DNA of 60,163 nucleotides, taken from contig JAANOX010000250.1 of NCBI GenBank assembly GCA_020184695.1, positions 1-60,163 on the forward strand, in the 5' to 3' direction. A model generated the notes under the pieces. It was not told the DNA's origin, did not search any database, and saw only the letters and a program-made list of their open reading frames with translations. This DNA comes from Histomonas meleagridis 2922-C6/04-290x (taxonomy: Eukaryota > Protista > Parabasalia). Position 1 is the first letter of the stretch. Each line of letters begins with the position of its first letter. The translations under genes were made by a program, and so were the position numbers. Shown here one piece after another: positions 38,393 through 49,546 of this stretch.

Positions 38393-41234
38393 ATTACAAA
38401 TTTAATCAGCAATATTTTATTGATTATATAATACCACAATTTCACGAAAATGTTGATCATGACAAGAAACAACCATTTTCAAAAAATATAAAGATTCATA
38501 TGGATAACTGTCCTATACATAATGGATCACTTGTTGCTCAAAAATTAAATAAAGAAAAAATTAATAGAATTCCTCACCCATTTTATTCACCAGATCTAAG
38601 TCCATGTGATTTTTGGTTCTTTGGAATGGCAAAGGAAAACCTAAAGGGTGTGGAGAAGAAGATTTAGAAAATGAAATTATACGCATATTCGACGGTGTCA
38701 CTTTCGATAAGCTTCAAATGGTGTTTAAAGCATGGATAAAATGACTTGGATGGGTGATTAAGAATCATGGAGAGTACTACCATAAATAAAAGTTAATTAA
38801 AATGATATATATCTTTTATTCATCGAAAAAAGGGGGTGGGGTCAGAACTTTTTGGACCCCCTATATTATACGAAATTCGCAGACCTATTTTAAACACACA
38901 AAAAATGTGCGAGATGGATCCATTTTTATATAAAATTCAAAGTTGGAATAACTGGTCGCACGAGATTTTGAGAGATAAAAACAACAAATTTTGTGGATGT
39001 CACATGTTACATTATCGTGTTTGCAAGAAATCATATTTAAATGATGTGTGCATTGAAGATTACAAATCATGTACAAATTATTACGGTTTATAAATATTAG
39101 TTATGATAGTAGAATATGAAAATGGGAAAAACCAATTATTGGCTTTTAGCATTGAAAATAGACAAAAGTATGTTTTTGGACAATTTATTAATTATGTGAT
39201 AGGTATTGTAGGAGAAATTAATTGCTTTGTCTGTGATCGCAATCCGAGTCAAATTCAAGCAATCAAAAAGGTTTGGCCTTCATCTCATATTATTAACTGC
39301 TATATTCACTTAGGAATAAAACATTAAACAATCTGTATCTAAAAAAATTTATATTTTATTCAAAAAAATGAAAAAACACATTATATCAGAAGAAGAATTT
39401 TTGACATGCTTGTAATGAATTTATTTTTGAAAAAGGGAGAGATAATTCAGCTTCTAATATATTAAATAATATAATTATAACAAACTGAACATTAACTTCC
39501 AAGCATTATTTTAGATTATGGACATAGAGATAATGACACATCTAACTGAGTCGAAGGATTTTTTGGTTTATTAATATTATTACTTGAACATAAAGTTGAA
39601 ACATTAGCAAATGTAATAAGAGCGATTTTTATCCGTGCAGAAAGATTATGTTTAACTTCTATTAATGAAAAACCCGTCTCAGTTCCTGAAGATTTAATGA
39701 CAAATGAAGAATAATCTTCTGTTGGTACTTTACCTTTAAATATTATTCTTTCCAAGTATGAAACAATCAAAACAAAAGGATATTTTAATATTCAATATAG
39801 TGATAATTGTTGCATTATTAAATCAATATATGGGATTCCATGTCGTCATTTAATGTTAGAAAGAATTAAAGATAATTGTTTCCCATTAATCAAATTGTCT
39901 GATATTCCATTACGATGGCAACGCATTAAAGAACCAGAAATTCCAAGTGATATATGTATTAACTTTAAACAGACTAACAAAAAAAAAACAGAAGACTATT
40001 CATATGAAGGATATGTAGCAAAGTCTGAAAAATATTTTTCAAATGCACATCGAAATAAAGATATAAGAGAAACCTTAGACGAAATACATATATGTATTCA
40101 AAAATATGATGAAAAATTCTCAAATTTATTATAAAAAAATCATCGTATAACAACACGATTTCCAGAATAATTCTTTCTATTTACTAATCTCGATTTAGCT
40201 AGTTTTAAAGGGCGTGGACAATTGCTCGTAAAAAAATTGCCCTCTACATATGTGTCTAACAAATCGCCATCAAATGTTACAATGCTTTTTGACCAAAAAT
40301 CAAAAAGAGTACTGATTAGTTTCGATCTAATATGTATAATTAATTGTTTCATAAAATCTGAGTTTAAGATGAATTAATATATGATCCAGAAGTCCTAGAA
40401 GTGATACAGCTAATCTTACAAAGAAAAAATAAATCTGAGAATGAAAAAGAAACAAGCAATTGCAAAAAATTTGTTCGGAAGATTCGCAATAATTCATTGA
40501 ATAATGTTTTTCACCATGATTTCAATATAGGAAAACCTTCCATCATTAATTCGGATTTAATGGATAAGGTCAACAATATGACGATAAATAACATGAAAAT
40601 GGGTACCTGCACGATATCTGATCTGGGTAGGTATATAATGCGGATGTGAAGATTCCAATAACCCTTAGGTCCTCGTGATCGTCACGAAATCGATAATTTC
40701 TGGTGGGGTCTCCGGAGGCCGTAGACTCCACCATCAGCTCGCTCCGCTTGCTACAAAAATCAAAAATTATTCATTTTTGTATATCCATACAATTCACTCG
40801 ATAATTTGGTTACTCATTCAGAATTTAATGAACGCGATACTTTTTGATAGATACGATAATTTACTTTTTACACCACTTTTCGCATTAACCTATCAAAAAC
40901 CTCCTATAACCAACAAGAATTGTTACCGATCATGTTTGGTCGAACATTTATCTTATTCAATTTATCTTCGGCCGAACAAATATCTTTTTTAGTGGTAAAC
41001 TTAATTTTGACGAATCATATTATTTGATAAATAAATTTGCGCCAAATTCTAAATAGAGAATGCATATCATAATTGAACACTTTATTCTCATCATTAATGA
41101 TCATGTTTATTCTATTGCTCAAATTGGTGACAATATTGAAGATAAGGATCCAGCTGCTATTGTTGTTGCATTATTCTTTGATCCTAAAAATATTGATATG
41201 TAAAAATTACAACAATTTTATTATCTCATTAATT

Positions 41235-41756
41235 TTAATAAATAAATACTTTTTCTGATGATATATTAAATTCATCCATTAATGTGTTATATTCTTTATT
41301 ATATTGAGAATTAAAATCATAGCCATTAATCTTAATTGAGTTAACTTTTTTAATTGGATTTACATGTTTTAAACATCCAGGTTCAGGATCTTCATAACTT
41401 AATCTAACTTGATTAAAATCAATTTCTAGAATTAAACTTATAGCTTGTATTAAATCATTAGCATTAATAATAATTTTTCCACTATTATCAATTAAATTTG
41501 CTATTAATTTTATATTATTTGTTTTTAATATCGCACTTAATGTTAAAGCTATATGTTTATATTTAGCACTTGCATTATCAATATTAAGTTCAGTTTCTCT
41601 TGTAATTATTTTTGGTGTTTCTTCATTAACTTCAGGATACTGTGCTGGTGTTTCACTATTGTTATTATTAATTATAACTTTACAATTAGCACTAGAACTA
41701 TTATGTTCAGTATTATTCTTCCCTACATGGGGTGAGAAATCACTTATTTTAATCAT
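41235..41756 (-). CDS. Unknown element protein, intact (173 aa)
   Basis: Paralog of 16203..16724. Confidence 0.65.
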   Translation of the reverse strand: MIKISDFSPHVGKNNTEHNSSSANCKVIINNNNSETPAQYPEVNEETPKIITRETELNIDNASAKYKHIALTLSAILKTNNIKLIANLIDNSGKIIINANDLIQAISLILEIDFNQVRLSYEDPEPGCLKHVNPIKKVNSIKINGYDFNSQYNKEYNTLMDEFNISSEKVFIY

Positions 41757-42112
41757 AAAAAAATAATAATGATTTTAATTTTTTATTTAATTATTCACTC
41801 CGTATCCAGTAACTTCTTTTATATAAGCACCGATAGCATCTTTGATAGTATTTTGTTCACCATTCTTATCTTCTATCATTTCGATAACAGCTTTTTTACA
41901 ATCACTAGTATAATAATTTTCACCAGTTTCTTCCATAACAAACTTTTTATCTTCATCAAATTTATTTTGTAATCCATATGGAAATTAATGAAAATTGAAT
42001 ATTATATAAGAACATTGAGATAAGTAGCTAATTCATTATTTATACCCCTTTCTTTATATGACATTAAAAAAAATGAATTTTATTTTATCATTTTTTATTC
42101 AATTTCTATTTT

Positions 42113-42403
42113 TTGATTATTCACGTAACTGTGTATAATAAATATCATAATTTATTAAGAAAACAAATTTATAAATTTATAGATGAAAAATATCATCCTA
42201 CTATAAAGAATCCTTTACAAAATATAACACCTGAACAATTAGATCAAGCTTATCAAATATCTAAAATGGAATTATTAAATCAAATATTTAATGATGATTT
42301 TAATAAATATAATGCTTATGTAAATAAATTAAATGTTTTACAAAATTATGCTAACTCAATAATGCCTCAAAATCAAAATGATCAATCTCAAAATGTTTTA
42401 TAA
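42113..42403 (+). CDS. Unknown element protein
   Basis: Paralog of 13597..13971. Confidence 0.55.
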   Translation: MIIHVTVYNKYHNLLRKQIYKFIDEKYHPTIKNPLQNITPEQLDQAYQISKMELLNQIFNDDFNKYNAYVNKLNVLQNYANSIMPQNQNDQSQNVL

Positions 42404-42569
42404 ATAAAAACTTAATGTCATTAATATTTTCTAACGTTCGAAAAGTGACACATTTGAATGAATAAATGTACAATGATTCTATATTCTATAAAAATTTGAA
42501 AAATAGTTTGCACTAACTATATTAGAAAAATTAAAATTTTGTGAAATTAAAAACATTCGGTTCGCACTG

Positions 42570-42639
42570 GGTTGTTATGATTTACTTCAAAATTTCCGGC
42601 CGCAAGCGGCCGGAAATTTTGAAGTAAATCATAACAACC
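42570..42639. repeat. Perfect palindrome, 34-bp arms, 2-nt loop
   Basis: GGTTGTTATGATTTACTTCAAAATTTCCGGCCGC-AA-GCGGCCGGAAATTTTGAAGTAAATCATAACAACC. Confidence 0.97.
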
Positions 42640-43056
42640 AGCTCAACTCATGTTCTATTTTTATGTTATATTAATTACAAATTTTTTTTTTATTTTTATC
42701 ATGTTTTTTTACCCCCTAATTATTATTATCAATTCTTACTAAATTTAACTTTGACATCTCAATGGTCGGATAATCATATTTGAGTTAAAAATTTCATGCT
42801 CACAGAAAAACCTCATAATCACTTCACTTCTCTAAATGGAATTCTACAATGAATTCTTCGCCATAAACAGATTCATTTTCGATCATTTAACCAACATAGC
42901 AATAAAGCCTACTCTTTCTTCTCTTTTTTCTTTTTTGTGTTATTCAATTTCTTCATTCCGTACTCAACTTTTGAAGTTTAATCTTCCAACTAGAATTAAT
43001 AGACTTATTTCATTAGCAAAATCTGCTACATTATTACTGGGTTTATCCAATGGGAA

Positions 43057-44004
43057 TTGAAAACACTAATGCGGCAATCAGAGGATGAGATAATATTTAT
43101 AAAACTTTTAGAAAATATCCGACAGCATAAAGATGGTGAACCTCTAGATCCTGAAGTAGAAAAAGAACTTAAAAAGAGATTTTGTCCCGGAAAAGTCGAT
43201 GATTTACTCGAAGCAATAGATTTCTTCGTTGGTGGTGATAATCCTAATGGTATGGTTATTACATTTTCAAATCAACATGCACAAATGTATAACATGTTAA
43301 AATTAGATAAGAGGAACGAAATCTATAATTGCAAAAAAATAAAGATTGATGCACAATTTTTCGTTCGTCAACAAAACTCTTATGTTGGTAATCCAAATGA
43401 TGGAATAGAAGATGCTATAAGAAGACAATTATCAATTACAGATATACGTGCTGCTACTAAATCTGAAATTTGGATCTTATGTGGAGCAATGAAAAAAAGA
43501 GAATATAATTCGATCATTCCATTTCAATTAATAATTTCTAATGGTGCAAGAGTCATGCTACTTCAAAATCTTAATGTTGAACGTCATTTAATAAATGGTT
43601 CGAGAGGTTATGTCTATAGATATGATGAACAACTTGATGTTCTATTTATTCGATTTGATACTCAGGATAGCAATGAAAATCCAGTAATGGTAACAAGAAC
43701 AAAATCAACTGAGTATCAAATTAATAATGGAAAAATAATTTTTATGTATCAATTCCCTGTAAAGTTATCATGGGCAGTTACTGCACATAAAAGCCAAGGT
43801 CAAACACTAGAAAAATGTGCAATTGATATCGGTGAAAAGGCTATCGCCCATGGATCACTTTATGTGGCTTTATCTAGAGTGAAGTCTTTAAATAATGTAA
43901 TGCTATTTGGTTTGTATAAATGGCCGGATGGTGGACCTACATTTCATATAAATCCTTATATTCAAACAAAACAAAATGAACAGGCCGAAAAAGAGTTTGA
44001 ATAA
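43057..44004 (+). pseudogene. PIF1-family helicase, C-terminal half (no Walker A/B)
   Basis: LMRQ, GARVMLLQNL...LINGSRG, QFPVKLSWAVTAHKSQGQTL, HGSLYVALSRV. Confidence 0.9.
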
Positions 44005-44696
44005 AAGATCATATACAAATTTTTTATATAATTTTGATATGTGTGAGTTATATATTAGTTTGTTGATATTTAAAACAACTAAACGCTCAACATAGTTTTC
44101 TTTCTGTTCTATCGTCACTTTTCTTGTTTTTATGTAATTTTTATGGACAGGAAATTAGTGTTAAAAGAATGAATTGATTTTGATCGTATTTCCCCATATT
44201 TGAATTAACGATAGATTCAATTTTTACAATTATTAACTAACTTATAATATTTATCAATTTTCGAGATCATGGAAAACGATCAGTAAACTATTCAAACAAA
44301 AAATATTTGATAGTACGCTCTTTATTCAGTTCGAATAGTCATTGTGATCAAAACTCTAAGAAAACAACATTATCACTATCCAATTTTATGATCGTATTTT
44401 TTGACATAAACTATAATCGTAACTTTGCATCTTACAGTCATTTTGGCATTTTTTTTCTTTAACGTTCATCTATCGTACTATTCAAAAATTACTCTATCAT
44501 AAACCGATGAAATTAATTGAATGGTTTACATCACTTCACTAAATGTTGTCTAGAGTACGAGTGGGGTGTGAAATTGAATAGTTTACTATGGAGTACCCCT
44601 TGTTTGTATAGTGACTGATCGGTATCTTCCGGATGAAAATGAAGATGCGAAGATCAAACTCATTTTTTAGTCACAAAACAATGAAAAAAAGGTTGT

Positions 44697-44927
44697 TTAC
44701 TGAATGAATTGGAGGATTCCACGCATTTGGTCTAATTTGTCCTCCCTGAGTAGCTCCATTAGGTAATCTCGGATAAGATCACGGCAATTGGTGAGGCAAT
44801 TTGATGGTTCCGCCGTGATCGACCCTTCCTCCCACAGCAACACGAAGTAGAGGACTTCGTCGTCGCCTTCCATACGGAAGTAGTGGTCAAGGATGCATTG
44901 GACCGGGTACTCTTGTTCCATTGTCAA
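44697..44927 (-). CDS. Chromodomain-like protein (76 aa), GC-rich relative to the element
   Basis: EYPVQCILDH...LYFVLLW...EPSNCLTNCRDLIRDY follows the chromodomain pattern Y.V..ILDH...YLVKW...WEP..NL..C..LI..F. Confidence 0.7.
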   Translation of the reverse strand: MTMEQEYPVQCILDHYFRMEGDDEVLYFVLLWEEGSITAEPSNCLTNCRDLIRDYLMELLREDKLDQMRGILQFIQ

Positions 44928-46702
44928 ATGAATTTAGGGTACCCTAATATAAACTATCCAAATATAATGATTTATTTGAAACTATTATGATGTTTTTAAA
45001 TCATTTCAAGTTTTTTAGTGTATGTTAATATGATTTTTTTTAAAATAATTGCCCTTCAATCCCCCGAGTGTGCTCGCTCCGCTCGCTACGAAAATCAAAA
45101 TGATTTTTGTAAGCCATACAATTCGTCTGAAAATTTGAATGCGCATTCAATTTTGAGAGAACGGTAAACTTTTTGAGAGGAACGATAGCAGTTTTAGCAC
45201 CACTTTTCGCATAAACCTATCAAAATCCTCGCATAACCAACACGAATTGTCCCCGGTCATCCCATTTATGTTTGGTCGGACATTTATCCTATTCAATATA
45301 TTTTTGGTCGGATGAATATCTATTTTGATCGCATGGCAAACTTATTGTATTGAAACCAATGGTCAGCATATTAAATTTTAAAATGCCACTTCATCACTTC
45401 ACTATATATGAATTCAGAGTTCTATTCAGTGATAAAAATTGCTGATTTCCTTAAAGAAAAAGACCCAGATGCTGTAGCAGTAGCTATATTTTTCGAACCA
45501 AAAGATGATAAATTAGGCAATTTCAACAATTTTATTATTATTAAACCAATTGGTATGATTATCAAACATAAAAATTTTCAAGATTTTTATTTTGTTCATA
45601 GAAAGTTGGTCGAATTCTTCAAAAAAAAAATATCAAAGTATCAATACCAATAACTGATAATAAAAAGCCACCAATTACTAATAATATTCATTATCTGGAG
45701 ATTCATTTAACTCAATTAGAGAGTAATTTCGGAAGATGGTATCAATCATTTCTGTATGAATCAAAGAACGATGAAGTTAATAATATACTTATTTCACATA
45801 GAATACCTGATAATCATGAATTCCAATCAGTATTTGACATGAATTCTATCAATCCCGATAGTTTTAAAGCTCTAGTTTGAATAAAAAGGTTAATCACTTC
45901 ATTTTTTTAATGTCTGATAATGAATTTCCTTTTACATTTGATTTCTATGATGATGATTATTTTAATAATTTTATCACTTCACCTGTTGACATTGCTCAAA
46001 ACAATACGAAAAAGTCAATTAATGTTACTTATGTTTTTTCTTCATTATGGTCAGTAGAATAAATAGTCAAAGAATTAAATAAACAAAGAAATAATGTTTA
46101 TTTTATTTATTTTCTTTTTCATAAGGTATAACATATATTCTACTATTTTGTCTTTCAATTGGATAATTCGTCAATTTTTCAAAATAAATTGAATTACTAA
46201 TAGTTAGTTTTGGTAACTTTATATACTGAATAGAAGGATCTAATAACTCAGATTCTTCTATCGTTGTTAAATTTGATGTCTCATTGTCATAATAAGTCTT
46301 GATCACCTTCGTGCTATCAGACATTAATAAAAAATGAAAATTTTATAAGAATATAATGAATTTTTGAAACTAAACTATGACAAATGGGACGCAGGTTTTC
46401 TTCATTATGGTCAGTAGAAAAAATTGTTAAAGAATTAAATAAACAAATAAATAATGTTTATTTTATTTATTTTCTTTTTCATAAGGTATAACATATATTT
46501 CACTATTTTGTCTTAAAGCTGAAAATGGTATTGGTTGTTCAAATATAATTGCATTTGTAAATGACACTCTTCTCTGTTTTTCTATATCTTTTAAATTTCT
46601 AATTTCAGGAATATCTAACCTATTTTTGTTGTAATAGGTTTCTATAACCTCAGGTTTATAATTCGACATTTATAAAAATGATTTAAATTTTAACAAAATT
46701 AC

Positions 46703-46795
46703 TTTGAATTTTTGAAACTAAAATATACCAAATTGGACGCAGGCGTCCTTTAAGGACGCCTGGGATTTGGTATATTTTAGTTTCAAAAATTCAAA
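46703..46795. other. Internal palindrome of element B (31-bp perfect outer arms)
   Basis: Arms 46703-46733 and 46765-46795 checked base by base; same core as 10106..10188. Confidence 0.95.
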
Positions 46796-46821
46796 ACAAT
46801 ATATATATAAATAATATTTTA

Positions 46822-47091
46822 TTATTTCTTTTGACCAACTAGTGCATTTGCTACACCATCTATAACAGGTGAGAATTTATCTGCTATTTTAATTCCTTTT
46901 GCAATAGCACCTGCATGACCAGGTAAATTTTCAATTCCAGGTATTTTACCTACTGTATTTACAACAGGTTTAGCTACTTTATTCCAAACATTTCCAATAA
47001 ATCTACCGACTGGTTTAATAATTTTATTTTTAATCCAAGCACCAGCTTTTTTAAATCCATTTTTGGTTTTGTTCAAAAAACCCCAAGGCAT
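46822..47091 (-). CDS. Basic amphipathic-helix protein
   Basis: Open paralog of 10220..10489. Confidence 0.6.
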   Translation of the reverse strand: MPWGFLNKTKNGFKKAGAWIKNKIIKPVGRFIGNVWNKVAKPVVNTVGKIPGIENLPGHAGAIAKGIKIADKFSPVIDGVANALVGQKK

Positions 47092-47111
47092 AAATAATAA
47101 TAAAAATAAAT

Positions 47112-47342
47112 TCATTGTTTCATTAAATCCTGTAATATTATCTTATTCCTATCTTTTTCTATTACATCTTTAAATATTATTTTACCATTAGGTTTATATG
47201 GTAGAATTCTATTTTTATTACCTAAATTCCTTTCATGTTCTAACCATTTTTTCACATTTTTGTTGAATTTTTCTTGTTGTTCTTTACTTGACTGAAATTT
47301 GTTCAAACCTTTTTTAATTTTATTCCAAAAACCCCCATCCAT
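47112..47342 (-). CDS. GGFWNK-family basic protein (76 aa)
   Basis: MDGGFWNKIKKGLNKF; occupies the same position as 10605..10807. Confidence 0.55.
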   Translation of the reverse strand: MDGGFWNKIKKGLNKFQSSKEQQEKFNKNVKKWLEHERNLGNKNRILPYKPNGKIIFKDVIEKDRNKIILQDLMKQ

Positions 47343-47377
47343 TTAAAAATTATAAAAAATATTTTTCATTTTTATTA

Positions 47378-48530
47378 ATGTATTATAATAATACGCAATC
47401 TAAAAATGAACAAGATGATCAAGGTAATGTTGGAGCTTATTTTGATCGTCTTAAAGATTTAATTGCTAAAAATGATGGTACTCGTTCTTTTATTTTAAGA
47501 ACTGAAGATTGTCATGATCAAAAATGCACCATTTAATCAATCTCAAGAAACTAGATTAAGAATTACACATGGTGATCATATGGTTTCACAAATAACTGAA
47601 GGTTTTATTAATTTTAAACTTAGAATAACTGTACAATTATCAAAAGCTATTTCATCTAGTAATTTACAAGATCCTGAGAATTTAACTAAAATATTTATAG
47701 GTTTTAAGAGTTCTAATCAATTATTAGATCAATTACAAATTATGTCTAATAATATTTCTACTGGTTATCAACAAAATGAATGTTGTCGTGAAGGTTATTG
47801 TTATTCTACAATTAAACCTTATGCTGAAAAGAAAACTAGAAAATATACACATTCTTTATATGAAAATGTTTCAGAATATTCTCAATCTGTTTGTGGTACT
47901 TATGTTGATTTAAATACAATTGCAGATGGAAATAAACATGATATCGAATTTGAAATGAATCTTCCATTTGAAGATATATTAGCTTTACAAGCATTTGATT
48001 TATATCCGAATAGATTAGTTGGTGATATTGAATTAAAGTTTTATGTTAAACAAAATGGTTTAATTTGGTGTCAAGTAGATCCACGTAAAATTAAAGAAGT
48101 GAAAGAATTTTTAGAAGATTCTTCTATTAATGCTACATTTAATAATTTACCTTTATTTACTCATGGTTTTACTCAAATTGGTAATTCTGCTAATATAACT
48201 ACTACATTTAAATGTGATACTGAAACTAATCATACTATTGATACTGCAACTGAGAATGTTTCTTTATATTGTACAGGTTTAACTGTACTTTCATGTAAAT
48301 CTAATATACAATGTGAACGCTCACGTGGTGGTTACGTATTCGACGGCTTAGATTCTAATGGACAAAATATACCAATACAAATTAAGGGGCAACCTATATA
48401 TACTCAAGCTAACGATACTTATTATAATGTTGATGATGCTGGAAATCATCCACCTCCCCCTCAATTATTCATTTGTCGTGATACTTATTTCACATTAGAT
48501 TTACATAATGGATTGAAATATTATGTTAAT
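47378..48530 (+). pseudogene. Putative major capsid protein copy with frameshift and in-frame 453-bp deletion
   Basis: +1 A near 47520. The deletion runs between TAATAT microhomologies (A coordinates 11767 and 12220). Confidence 0.6.
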
Positions 48531-48780
48531 AATGTAATTGCATAACTGATGAGAAATGAAATAGAACCATAGTTACCAGCTGGTATAGTCTGTGTTGGAC
48601 TGATTAACAAAGCAATACCATCATTAGCACTAAGATTTCGCGACAATGACGTAAAGATACGTAAATCATTACATGGTTGTGATGTATCGTATACCAGATG
48701 CCATAATAAAGTTATGAAGACTGTAGTATTGTCCAGTAGGATTGGTTTGTGATGTACCAATATATTTTAAGACCACATGG
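48521..48780 (-). pseudogene. cap: Second CRESS capsid, C-terminal fragment
   Basis: RIFTSLSRNLSANDGIALLI...ISYAIT aligns with VFRTRLTRNLNSGDSIALVL...LNYAVT at 4639..4780; upstream frame ...SLHNFIMASG. Confidence 0.7.
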
Positions 48781-48789
48781 TTTGTTTTA

Positions 48790-49008
48790 CTAAATGTTTT
48801 CCATCAGTTCTTCAATGTCTTCATCAGTCATTTGCAATACGTATTGATTTAGAAGGTGATTTGCATTAAGGTTATCAAGCCTTACCCAAGAATGTGACAT
48901 ATCGCATTTTCACTCCACTTCAAACCAAACAACATTGCGTCCTTCATTGTGGTTGAATCTGATATCGTGATCAATTATACGAGTTATTTCGTATTGCATT
49001 AATAAAAT
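48790..49008 (-). pseudogene. Chromodomain protein (one TGA at the conserved Trp), not in the ORF track
   Basis: MQYEITRIIDHDIRFNHNEGRNVVWFEVE*KCDMSHSWVRLDNLNANHLLNQY; Inr TCATTT upstream. Confidence 0.72.
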
Positions 49009-49076
49009 GACAAATGTAAAGCACTGAATTAGATATGGCTCGACATTGAATAGTTAGCTTTATGCGAATTGTAAAC

Positions 49077-49244
49077 CTTGGGTCTTTGTTTGGCAATTGA
49101 ATAAGGAACCTTGGCCCAGGTCCCTTTATCACTTTTTAATCATCTTGGCCAAGGTACCTGATTAATGACCTGGGTCAAGGTGCAAAGGTCCCTTTTATAT
49201 ATCCCTAGGCCAAGATTTGGTGTCACTTTTGACCATTGGCCCAG
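49077..49244. repeat. Array of about six degenerate CCTTGGCCAAGG-like motifs at 25-36 bp spacing
   Basis: Copies start near 49077, 49108, 49143, 49168, 49204 and 49234. Confidence 0.6.
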
Positions 49245-49546
49245 TTGCTTCCAAACCCTACCAGTATATATTGCGAATTTTTGTGCGAGTCTAATTGTCT
49301 TCGTTTGTGCAGAATGAATTGCTTTTTGTTTTCACTACTCTACGTTTTTTGATCCATCAAAAAGTTGAAAAATTTTGTATATAAAAATTCGAAGTTTTAT
49401 AGTATAACCGCCGCGAAGCGGCGGTTGATACGATAAAACTTTTAATTCTATACAACTTTTTTTCACTAAAAAATTCAATGAATAATTATTAATTTTTAAA
49501 ATTCGTCTTCAAGACCTCAAGTTTATATATAACATTATTTTATTAT

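Larger units (their letters stand above)
30495..38863 (+). mobile_element. mariner transposon split by a 7-kb insertion
   Basis: TIR TAGGGGG(T/C)(T/C)CAAAAAGT(C/T)CTGACCCCACCCCC, TA TSD. IMTGDESWF in the 5' half; HMDNC and YSPDLSPCD in the 3' half; joins as ...LPSNYK|FNQQYF. Confidence 0.92.
30390..40134 (+). pseudogene. MULE transposase relic interrupted by the mariner at 30495..38863
   Basis: The frame ...EKLTCTKDV|LYEIRRP... is continuous across the TA TSD. FVCDRNPSQIQAIKKVWP...INCYIH; SWIM CCIIKSIYGIPCRH. Confidence 0.7.
40626..48530. mobile_element. Rearranged, deleted relative(s) of element A ('B')
   Basis: Diverged left TIR at 40626. 41235..45050 is an inverted copy of A ~16720..12520 with the ATPase deleted. 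45050..48530 is a direct copy of TIR plus A ~8960..12440. Confidence 0.85.

Noticed and set aside
42478-44126. Firm Helitron call for the PIF1 block
   Set aside because: No HUH Rep domain, no clear 5'-TC/3'-CTRR ends, and no 3' subterminal hairpin; left unassigned.
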